Source: an uncultured Clostridia bacterium
Lineage (GTDB): Bacteria > Bacillota > Clostridia > TANB77 > CAG-508
Direction: 5' to 3'
NCBI GenBank assembly: GCA_904378095.1
Contig: CAJFHE010000002.1
Span: 20,194 to 84,193, forward strand
Length of the DNA stretch: 64,000 nucleotides
Below, in pieces: positions 22,721 through 31,525 of this stretch. The notes below the pieces were generated by a model, which worked only from the letters and a program-made list of their open reading frames with translations, searched no databases and had not been told where the DNA came from. A program made the position numbers and the translations under genes. Numbering within the stretch: position 1 is the first letter of the stretch; each line of letters begins with the position of its first letter.

Positions 22721-24349
22721 TTACGATGCCATTCTCAACTCCTTTGCATGAGCTATAGAGATATCTGTAACATCTCCTGATGAAATTCTTGCGATTTCTT
22801 CAATTGTTTCTTTTTCATTTAATTGTCTTATTTCTGTATATGTTTTTTCATTAACTGTCTTTTTACTAATGTAGTAATTATATGCTCCTTTTGCAGCTAT
22901 AGAAGCTGAATGTGTTACTACCATCACTTGATGATTGTTTGAAATTGTTTTAAGCTTTTCTCCAACAGCTTTTGCAGCTTTTCCACTAATTCCTGTATCA
23001 ATTTCATCAAACACAAGTGTAAGCACTTTATCTACGTCCGCTAGAACTGTTTTTATTGCTAGCATTACTCTGGACATCTCTCCACCAGATGCTATTTTTG
23101 CAAGCTCTTTCTCTTCTTCTCCTTTATTCGTACATATCATGAATTCTACTTTATCTAAACCATTGCTATTAAACTTGTCTTCTCCTAGCTTTTCTACACT
23201 CACTCTTAATGTAGCATTACTCATTTCCAAATCTTTCAACTCATTATTTATCTTATCAGAAATTATTTTTGCATAGTTTACTCTAATCAAATGGATTTTT
23301 TCGCATAATTCTAGCATTTGATTTCTTGCAATTTCTTTTTCTGCTTTTAATTTTTTATTTATTTCGTCTACATTTTCTATTTCTGAAATCTCTGTTTCTA
23401 ACTTTTCTTTATAGACAAGTATCTCTTCTATGCTATTTCCATATTTTCTCTTCAATGAATAAATTTCATCTAATCTTCTTTCTACTTCATCTCTTTCTTG
23501 CTCATCAAAGCATACATCTTCTCTCATGCTTGATATATCCCTTGCAATCTCTTGCACTTCATAATATATATTTTTTAGCTCTGTAAGTTTTTCTTCATAA
23601 ATATCTCCACAATATGAAATTCTCTCTAAACATCTAATAGAATTAGAAATACTTTCAATTCCCTGGTTATTCAATGTTTCGTCTATTTTCTCTAAATTTT
23701 CTTGTAATTTTTCTGAATTTTTCATCATGTTATGCTCTTCCTGTAATTTTATGTCTTCTCCTACTTTTAATTTGGCATTTTTTATTTCTTTTAATTGATA
23801 ATTAAGTAAATCTAGTTTTCTTTCCTTCTCTCTATCATCACCATAGTTTTTATCAAGCTCTGCATTTATCTCATTATATCTTTTAAATAGCTCGCTATAT
23901 TTGCCCTTTAATTCTAGCATTTCTTGTCCTATAAAATCATCCAAATAATAAATATGCTTAGAAGGATTTAATAGGTTTTGATTGTCTTGTTGTCCATGTA
24001 TATTTATAATATTTGCCATAAAATCTTTTAGCTCATTTACAGTAACTAACCTTCCATTTACTTTACATGAGTTTCTGCCATTTGAATATATTTCTCTTGA
24101 AACAATAATATTTCCATCTACCGCTTCTGGATTTTCTGGGCAAAATATACTAGCTTCCACAAAAGAATATTTTTCTCCATTTCTTATCATATCTTTTGCG
24201 AATCTTCCTCCCGCTATGATTGAAAGTGCTCCTATAATTAATGTTTTTCCAGCACCAGTTTCTCCAGTGAGTACATTAAATCCGTCATTAAAATCAATCA
24301 CCAAGTCCTCTATAATTCCTATATTTTTTATATGTAGTGTAGATATCAT
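22721..24349 (-). CDS. recN: DNA repair protein RecN
   Basis: GETGAGKT, ASGGEMSR and FDEIDTG. Confidence 0.96.
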   Translation of the reverse strand: MISTLHIKNIGIIEDLVIDFNDGFNVLTGETGAGKTLIIGALSIIAGGRFAKDMIRNGEKYSFVEASIFCPENPEAVDGNIIVSREIYSNGRNSCKVNGRLVTVNELKDFMANIINIHGQQDNQNLLNPSKHIYYLDDFIGQEMLELKGKYSELFKRYNEINAELDKNYGDDREKERKLDLLNYQLKEIKNAKLKVGEDIKLQEEHNMMKNSEKLQENLEKIDETLNNQGIESISNSIRCLERISYCGDIYEEKLTELKNIYYEVQEIARDISSMREDVCFDEQERDEVERRLDEIYSLKRKYGNSIEEILVYKEKLETEISEIENVDEINKKLKAEKEIARNQMLELCEKIHLIRVNYAKIISDKINNELKDLEMSNATLRVSVEKLGEDKFNSNGLDKVEFMICTNKGEEEKELAKIASGGEMSRVMLAIKTVLADVDKVLTLVFDEIDTGISGKAAKAVGEKLKTISNNHQVMVVTHSASIAAKGAYNYYISKKTVNEKTYTEIRQLNEKETIEEIARISSGDVTDISIAHAKELRMAS

Positions 24350-24438
24350 AAAAAACCTCCAGACATACAAATTTTTGTTCGGTTATCATTCTACAACCAT
24401 TTGTTTGTTTTGTCAAGAGGTTTTATAAAAAATGTTAA

Positions 24439-26784
24439 TTACTCTGCATCATACTCGTACACTTGAATTTGTTTTGTATTGAAATCAAATTCATTTACTT
24501 TGTAATTAATATAAAAATTTTCTTCTTTTACAAATTTTAAATTTAATTTAGAAACATCAATTAACACTTCTGGCGAAAGATTCATTCCAACTGGTAATGT
24601 TTTATTAAAATTATCATAAAACATTATATTTGTATAAAATACTGCTGGTGTGTTTTCTTTTATATTTATTTTACATAATGTAATTATGGCTTTTTTACCG
24701 TTTAACTCTTCTTTTATTGCATCTTTCGGATTAATGTTAAATATATTTATTCCTTCTATACTTTTTTTAGTATTTATACAATATACTGACATATCATATG
24801 GTGATTGTATTTTATTTAAAGCTTCTCTAATCAACTGCATATAGCTTTCTAGATTTTCCGTATAAACTTTTATATCTGTATCCATATTTATATTTAATAC
24901 TTTATATTTATCTTTTTCTACTTCTCTATGTTTTTCATTGTTAATTGTTTTTACTTTTGTATTATCTTCAATCATTCCACCAAAAATGTCAAAGTCTTTA
25001 GCATTTATTATTTCTGCATCATTTTCATACTCTTTCTTTAATCTATTTAAGTCTTTATTTAATGCATCTATTTTTTTACTTTTAGCTCTTCCTTTTTTTA
25101 CTTCGTCTTCTTCTTTTAAGGCAAAAATTTCCACTGATGTATCTTTCTCTTTTTCCAATTCTTTAAAAGATTCTGGCACTTCTCTTATTGCAAATATCGC
25201 ATCTGTTTCGTTTTTAGATAATTTTCTTCTTTGTAATTCATCTACCATCTTACCCAAATCTTCTAAATCTGTCTCATAATCAAAATATTTTCTCATTTTT
25301 GTTTTTTCTGTATCTTCCTGCTCATCTGCTTCTGCCAATGTCTGCATCTCATCTTTACTAGTAAATTTCCAGAATTCAAAAATACTTTTTTTATGTTTAT
25401 CGATTTCTTTTATATATAGCTCCGCATTATCTATTTTTTTAGATAATATCTCTTTTTTTGTTTCAATAGCATCAATATCTAAGTTGAAATTTGTATTGCT
25501 CTTTTTGAGCTCTTCTAATTTTGTACAAATATTAATTAAATCTTCTATTGTATATTGTTGTTTCAATGCATATAACTCATTTAATGTTTCATCTTTTTGC
25601 TCGTCATCATGCTCACGCTCTGTTTTTCTTAGTGGTCTTGCCTCAACATTACCTTCTTTTTTCTTTTTAAAGAAATATCTTACTTTGCCAAAAAAAGTCT
25701 TTTTACATTCCAAAAAAGTAGCAATTTGTTTTTGCCTTAAAAGATATTCTTGTGTCAAATCTTCTATAATAGACTTAAACTTATTTAATTTTCTTTTTAA
25801 CTCTTTTTGCTCTTTTTCTTCATATTTTAATTTATCTATCTTATCTAAATATTCTAATTTTATAAAATCTGAAAGTCCTGCATACTCTATTTTTGTGTTT
25901 TCATTCCAAAATTCAACTTCACCATTTTCATTTATTTTTACCACAAAATCATATTCTTCTTTAGCACCTGTTGCTAATATAAACATCGCTTTTAGCAATT
26001 TATAAAATTCCAATGCTTCTTGCTTCGTTTCTAAGCTTATGCTATATGTACTCTGTATTTTATCATATATATTGGTTTCTCCCAATATTCTTATAAACAT
26101 ATTTTCCTGTTTATCATAAACCTCATACACATTTGGCCATTCTTTTGTAAAATACCACAAATAATTTTCAATGTCTGCAATTTCTGATTTTGTTAAAAAT
26201 TCACCTGAATATTCCATATGGCTTATTGGCACAAAAATAAACTTACCTTTTCTAGACCTAGTATTAGCAAGTTGCTCTTTTAATAAATAAAATAGTGCAT
26301 TATTGTCTTGCTCATTTGTTGGAACAAGCATAAAATATTTTTTTGCATAATCCGAATAATAAATTTGCCATATATAATTGTTTGGATATTTTACTTCATA
26401 TGGGATTTTTTCGTTCAATTCTTTCTGCTCTTTTTCTATCTCATCCATTCTGTCTTTATTAATAGTAGATACCATTTTCATAAACGTAGCAAATTTTTCT
26501 ATATTTTCTTCGTTTTTTGAGTCTACATATTCACATATTGGGCTAGATAATTTATACCTTTGCTTTATTTCCATTAATCTATCAGCTGGTGTTATTAAAA
26601 TTTGTATATCTTTAATATTAACATATCTATAAACTTTATAGATAGTATCATCATAAGATTTAGAAGGTCTAAAATTAAGGCTTTCATATGTCTTTAAAAA
26701 GTTTGGTATTTTATCTAATTTAAGTCCAATATATTCTAAATTTTTCTCTATAGTTTTTTCAGAATCTTTTGTAGTTCTAGCCAT
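24439..26784 (-). CDS. large hypothetical protein with coiled-coil segments
   Basis: 781-aa ORF with RBS AGGAGG and native codon style. No family recognised. Confidence 0.7.
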   Translation of the reverse strand: MARTTKDSEKTIEKNLEYIGLKLDKIPNFLKTYESLNFRPSKSYDDTIYKVYRYVNIKDIQILITPADRLMEIKQRYKLSSPICEYVDSKNEENIEKFATFMKMVSTINKDRMDEIEKEQKELNEKIPYEVKYPNNYIWQIYYSDYAKKYFMLVPTNEQDNNALFYLLKEQLANTRSRKGKFIFVPISHMEYSGEFLTKSEIADIENYLWYFTKEWPNVYEVYDKQENMFIRILGETNIYDKIQSTYSISLETKQEALEFYKLLKAMFILATGAKEEYDFVVKINENGEVEFWNENTKIEYAGLSDFIKLEYLDKIDKLKYEEKEQKELKRKLNKFKSIIEDLTQEYLLRQKQIATFLECKKTFFGKVRYFFKKKKEGNVEARPLRKTEREHDDEQKDETLNELYALKQQYTIEDLINICTKLEELKKSNTNFNLDIDAIETKKEILSKKIDNAELYIKEIDKHKKSIFEFWKFTSKDEMQTLAEADEQEDTEKTKMRKYFDYETDLEDLGKMVDELQRRKLSKNETDAIFAIREVPESFKELEKEKDTSVEIFALKEEDEVKKGRAKSKKIDALNKDLNRLKKEYENDAEIINAKDFDIFGGMIEDNTKVKTINNEKHREVEKDKYKVLNINMDTDIKVYTENLESYMQLIREALNKIQSPYDMSVYCINTKKSIEGINIFNINPKDAIKEELNGKKAIITLCKINIKENTPAVFYTNIMFYDNFNKTLPVGMNLSPEVLIDVSKLNLKFVKEENFYINYKVNEFDFNTKQIQVYEYDAE

Positions 26785-26985
26785 ACTTACCTCCTGTAAT
26801 TTTTTCGCTTAATATTATATCACATGTTTTTGGATTATTCTATACAAAAGAAATGATTTTTGAAATAAAATTATTGTGCAGTTATAATTCACAGTTAACT
26901 TTCGTCATATTACCTAAAACGCTGGTGACAGCATTTAATCTATCACCAGCGTCTCTATATTATAAAGTAAAATACAACATCTCAT

Positions 26986-27864
26986 TTATAATGTTTCTAT
27001 ATCTTCTTTAGTTAAACCTGTTATTTTTACTATGGTTTCGGTCGCCATTCCTTCATCTTTCATCTTTTTTGCTATCTCTTGTTGTTTTTTCTTTTCGCCT
27101 CTTTCTTCTGCTTGTGCCATTGTCATGTTATAATCTATTATTTCTAATTTTCTCTTATATGCCTCTATTCTTGCATTCTCGTCTGCACTCATTTCATCCA
27201 AGTCTTCTACTACTTTCTCTATTGTTTTATTCTCTTCACTTGCCATCTTTATTTTCTCATCCTCCCCCGTTAGCAGCCATAGCCATTGCTCCAACTTACT
27301 ATTCATTCCTGGCTTACTTTTTATAAATTTTTTTAATTCTATATAATGAAATTCTACTATGTCTGTTAAATCCTCTTGCTCTTCTTTATAACCCATATTT
27401 ACATATTTTTTTGGATTGTTTTTGTCAAACTTCAAATGTACTATACTATGATATGTATTCCTTTTCAACAAATTTTCTGCTAATATATTTATTGATATGA
27501 ATTTCTTTAGCCCTTGGTATGACTCGCTTACTCGTGTATCCTCTGCTATTAACCTTGCTCCATAACCTATATTTCTATTTACAAAAGTATATATATTAGA
27601 CACCTGCATTTCTATATCTAAAATTGTATTATCATCAATTGTTGCTCGTATATCCAATACTCCCAGTTTTTCACCTGCATAATTCTTTGTTATCTCTGAA
27701 TTTTTTACCTCTATTTTCTTGATTTTAATGTCTAATATTGCCTCAACAAATTCCTTTAACTCTTGGTTATTTTCTGGCTTTGCAAATATCCTCTTAAATA
27801 CATAGTCATTTGTTAATTCTAGTCTCTTTTGTTCACTTTGTGTTTTTGTCTCATTTTTTTGCAT
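26986..27864 (-). CDS. Rpn family (PD-(D/E)XK nuclease family transposase-like) protein
   Basis: NDYVFKRIF, LDI...DIEMQ, FHYIEL, WLWLL and C-terminal EIAKKMK..G...IVKITGL. Confidence 0.88.
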   Translation of the reverse strand: MQKNETKTQSEQKRLELTNDYVFKRIFAKPENNQELKEFVEAILDIKIKKIEVKNSEITKNYAGEKLGVLDIRATIDDNTILDIEMQVSNIYTFVNRNIGYGARLIAEDTRVSESYQGLKKFISINILAENLLKRNTYHSIVHLKFDKNNPKKYVNMGYKEEQEDLTDIVEFHYIELKKFIKSKPGMNSKLEQWLWLLTGEDEKIKMASEENKTIEKVVEDLDEMSADENARIEAYKRKLEIIDYNMTMAQAEERGEKKKQQEIAKKMKDEGMATETIVKITGLTKEDIETL

Positions 27865-28182
27865 ATTGCTACCTCCCATATTCTATCAAATTTCATGTTG
27901 GTATTCAATACTTTTTCTTAATTTTAGTCTTATTATTTTTCTTATTGGTAAATGTTAATTAGAAATAATCTTTGCAGATGATTAGAGATAAAAAGATTTA
28001 TTTTTAATGATTTAAATATTTTAAGAAGAAATAATAATATGGATAAAGATTAAAGATATATTGAATAAAATTAGTTGATGTTAAATTTTTTAGAATCAAA
28101 TATTACTGAATTAATTTAATATCACTAATGTAAAACATATTTTATATATAGCATGATTTTATGTATAATGCAAGAAAAATCG

Positions 28183-28199
28183 TTCGACAAAAATCGACA
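28183..28199 (-). promoter_or_regulatory. tandem Spo0A-box-like sites upstream of a sigmaA-like promoter
   Basis: TTCGACA and ATCGACA 10 bp apart (minus strand TGTCGAA). Minus-strand TTGCAT-N17-TATATA lies just downstream. Confidence 0.4.
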
Positions 28200-28301
28200 C
28201 CTTAGAAAAAAAGAATTTCCTATTTGTAATATTTTTGTAATATATAAAAACCGCCTAAGAAATTAATCTTAGGTGGTTATAAATTGGTTGATTATAGCAA
28301 G

Positions 28302-29168
28302 TCACAATAAACTAAATGGATCCACTGAGTAGACTAACCCTATATTGTCTACAACTGTGTTGTCAGGCAGAATAGCAAATCCGGGCATGTTCACCTTATG
28401 CAAGTCAATTTTGACACTTTGTTCTTCATACCTTTTAACCTTGTAAGGAATATGATTTGCGCTTCCATACTCAGCTCTGATATCCATCGACATCGTACGT
28501 ACTTGAACTTCAAAGTTCAGTCCATCACTCTTCTTGAACACGCAGTGGAGACTTTGGTACCCGTTAGCTTTAGGGTTAAGAACATAGTCCTTAATATTGT
28601 TTTCAAAGCCCGGCATTACCAAGGATTTCTTTGGCACAATTACGTCTGTGTTTTCTTCTTTTTTAAAGCCACTATCTAAGATAGGCTCAGCCTCAGTTAG
28701 CAAGCAGTTACGCTCTACCACGAAATACGAAATTATTTTATTCATTACTTCGTAACACAGACCGACAGATGTTTCATCATCCTTTGCATCAGAAAGAATT
28801 GTAATTCTAAATCCTAGCAAATCCTGCATTCTATCAAGAGGTCTGTTGGTCCTTAAGAACAATCGTATCTTTTCGTTGACTCCAATAAAATCCTTTTTAC
28901 GTCTCTTGATGTTTACATTAATTTCGCTGTTTTTGCATGTATCACGCAGGTGCTCCTTTAATTCCTGGAATTCTCGCTCCAGCTCCCGAAGTTTGGTCAC
29001 TAAAACCATCCTTCTGAATTGCTGAAGCTTGTTTGCATACAATATAGAGTAGATATCTCCTCCATTTCTTAGTGTCTTTTCGTACTTTTTACTTGCTTCC
29101 TCAATTGTTTTAGAAGAAATAATTGCTTCTTCTAAACTAGGAAACCGTATTTGGTCCAGTGCTGTCAT
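28302..29168 (-). CDS. stand-alone RelA/SpoT synthetase-domain protein (small alarmone synthetase-like)
   Basis: DLLGFRI, KDYVLNPKANGYQSLH, FEVQVRT and AEYGSANH. No hydrolase, TGS or ACT domains. Confidence 0.85.
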   Translation of the reverse strand: MTALDQIRFPSLEEAIISSKTIEEASKKYEKTLRNGGDIYSILYANKLQQFRRMVLVTKLRELEREFQELKEHLRDTCKNSEINVNIKRRKKDFIGVNEKIRLFLRTNRPLDRMQDLLGFRITILSDAKDDETSVGLCYEVMNKIISYFVVERNCLLTEAEPILDSGFKKEENTDVIVPKKSLVMPGFENNIKDYVLNPKANGYQSLHCVFKKSDGLNFEVQVRTMSMDIRAEYGSANHIPYKVKRYEEQSVKIDLHKVNMPGFAILPDNTVVDNIGLVYSVDPFSLL

Positions 29169-29252
29169 GTTTACTCCTCCAATTTATTTTTTGTAGTTTG
29201 TACTACAACTATATTGTAGCATAAATTATGTAAATTTGCAAAAATATTAACA

Positions 29253-31163
29253 TTATTTAGCAAATGTGTCAATCTCTTCTACTACTTTTGCTATAAACTC
29301 ATCTATTGGCATTGCTCCAATATCTCCATCTTTTCTAGAGCGTACTCCTACTGCTCCAGCTTCTTTTTCTTTGTCTCCTAATACTAACATATATGGTATT
29401 TTTTGAAGTTGAGCTTCTCTTATTTTGTATCCTATCTTTTCATTTCTGTCATCTACTTCTACTCTTATACCAACATCTTCAAGTCTAGCTTTTACTTCAT
29501 TAGCATATTCTACATGTGCATCTGCTATTGGAAGAACTTTTACTTGTACTGGTGCAAGCCATGTTGGGAATGCTCCTGCATAATTTTCAATAAGTACACC
29601 AATAAATCTCTCAATACTTCCAAATATAACTCTGTGAAGCATAACTGGTCTATGTTTTTCTCCATCTTCACCAATATATGTTAAATCAAATCTTTCTGGC
29701 ATTTGGAAATCTAATTGTATTGTGCCACATTGCCATTCACGTCCTAAAGAATCTTTAATATGAAAATCTATTTTTGGTCCATAGAAAGCTCCATCGCCTT
29801 CATTTAATTCATATGGCATATTTAAATCTTTAAGAACTTTCTTTAATGCTCCTTCTGCCATCTCCCATTGCTCATCAGAGCCCATTGAATCATCTGGTCT
29901 TGTAGATAATTCTAGAGTATATTCAAATCCAAATATACTATATACTTCATCAACAAGTTTTATTATTCTAGATATTTCTTCTTCTATTTGCTCTGGCAAA
30001 CAGAATATGTGAGCATCATCTTGTGTAAAGCATCTTACTCTAAATAATCCATTTAACTCCCCAGATTTTTCATGTCTGTGAACTAGTCCTAATTCTCCAG
30101 CTCTAATTGGTAAATCTTTATAAGAATGCATTTTGCTCTTATATACAAGCATACCACCAGGGCAGTTCATTGGTTTAATTCCATAATCTACACCATCTAT
30201 TTTTGTTGTGTACATATTTTCTTTGTAATGGTCCCAATGTCCTGAGCGATGCCATAACTCTTCGTTTAATATCATAGGTGTTTTTATTTCAACATATCCA
30301 TTTTTTCTATGAATATCTCTCCAAAAGTCTTCTAATACATTTCTTAGTACCATACCTTTTGGTAAGAAAAATGGGAATCCTGGTCCTTCTGGAGCTATCA
30401 TAAATAACTCTAATTCTTTTCCTAATTTTTTATGGTCACGTTTTTTTGCTTCTTCTAGCATATTTAGATATTCTTCTAGCTGGCTTGCCTTTGGATATGA
30501 AATCCCATAAAATCTTTGAAGCATTTTATTATGCTCGTCACCTCTCCAATATGCGCCTGAAGAAGATAATATTTTTACAGCTTTAACCTTTCCTGTACTC
30601 ATCAAGTGTGGTCCAGCACATAAATCTGTAAATTCACCTTGTTTATAGAAAGAAATTTCTTCCCCTTCTGGTAGCTCTTCTATTAGCTCTACTTTGTAAT
30701 CCTCGCCTTGCTCTTTCATGAATTTAATTGCTTCATCTCTTGGAAGAGAATATCTTTCAATTGGTAAATCTTCTTTTATAATTTTCTTCATTTCTGCTTC
30801 AATTTTTTCAAAATCATCTGAAGAAATATTTTCTTTAACATCAAAATCATAATAGAAGCCATTTGCAATAGCTGGTCCTATTGTTAATTTAACATCATTT
30901 CCATAAATTCTCTTTATAGCTTGTGCCATAATGTGAGATGTAGTATGCCAATAAGCTTTTTTACCATCTTCGCTATTATCAAAGGTAAGAATTTCTACTT
31001 CTGAGTCCTCCTCTATGTTATACCTTAAATCCTTAACCTCGCCATTTACCTTAGCGCAAGTTGCATTTCTAGCTAATCCTTCGCTTATCTCTTTAGCTAA
31101 TTCCAGTACACTAATTCCTTTGTTTACCTCTTTTACAGAGCCATCTTTTAACGTAATCTTCAT
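29253..31163 (-). CDS. thrS: threonine--tRNA ligase
   Basis: TGS domain, DLCAGPH, KPMNCP and GAFYGPKID. ATG at 31163 follows AAAGGA. Confidence 0.98.
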   Translation of the reverse strand: MKITLKDGSVKEVNKGISVLELAKEISEGLARNATCAKVNGEVKDLRYNIEEDSEVEILTFDNSEDGKKAYWHTTSHIMAQAIKRIYGNDVKLTIGPAIANGFYYDFDVKENISSDDFEKIEAEMKKIIKEDLPIERYSLPRDEAIKFMKEQGEDYKVELIEELPEGEEISFYKQGEFTDLCAGPHLMSTGKVKAVKILSSSGAYWRGDEHNKMLQRFYGISYPKASQLEEYLNMLEEAKKRDHKKLGKELELFMIAPEGPGFPFFLPKGMVLRNVLEDFWRDIHRKNGYVEIKTPMILNEELWHRSGHWDHYKENMYTTKIDGVDYGIKPMNCPGGMLVYKSKMHSYKDLPIRAGELGLVHRHEKSGELNGLFRVRCFTQDDAHIFCLPEQIEEEISRIIKLVDEVYSIFGFEYTLELSTRPDDSMGSDEQWEMAEGALKKVLKDLNMPYELNEGDGAFYGPKIDFHIKDSLGREWQCGTIQLDFQMPERFDLTYIGEDGEKHRPVMLHRVIFGSIERFIGVLIENYAGAFPTWLAPVQVKVLPIADAHVEYANEVKARLEDVGIRVEVDDRNEKIGYKIREAQLQKIPYMLVLGDKEKEAGAVGVRSRKDGDIGAMPIDEFIAKVVEEIDTFAK

Positions 31164-31239
31164 TCTATCAACATCCTTTCTTTTGGCTGGAACAAGGGGA
31201 CGGTTCCATCGTTCCAGAAATGGAACATGGGGACACATC

Positions 31240-31460
31240 AAAAAAGCACTCCTCCAGCAATCACTTCAATTGCCAGAGGGGTGCTATATAACACGGTTCC
31301 ACCCTTTGTTTTACTTCATTTACTTTTAACGCAAGCTTACGTCTAGTTTTGCTAGAAACAATGAGGTAGTTTTTCAAATACGTTTATTTAGAATAGCTTG
31401 CAGCCACGACCATTCCTCTCTTAAAACAACCTTTATTTTACTTTGTCTCATTTATGTTTT
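31240..31460 (-). promoter_or_regulatory. T-box riboswitch (Thr) with terminator
   Basis: Minus strand: AGAGA and GCTGCAA stem-I motifs, ACT/ACC Thr codons in the specifier region, T-box AAGGGTGGAACCGTG and terminator GCACCCCTC...GAGGAGTGC-TTTTT. Confidence 0.9.
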
Positions 31461-31525
31461 TTATTTATTCAAAATTCATTATGCATTATTATACAACTGC
31501 ATTAAAATTATGTCAATACTAAATT

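Noticed and set aside
27880-28140. Hidden ORF in the AT-rich stretch upstream of Rpn
   Set aside because: Frequent stops in the frames I read, and no RBS-linked start.
31164-31241. N-terminal extension of ThrS (and likewise of S15 at 8459-8560)
   Set aside because: The upstream in-frame starts run through leader or hairpin sequence, and the RBSs point to the downstream ATGs.
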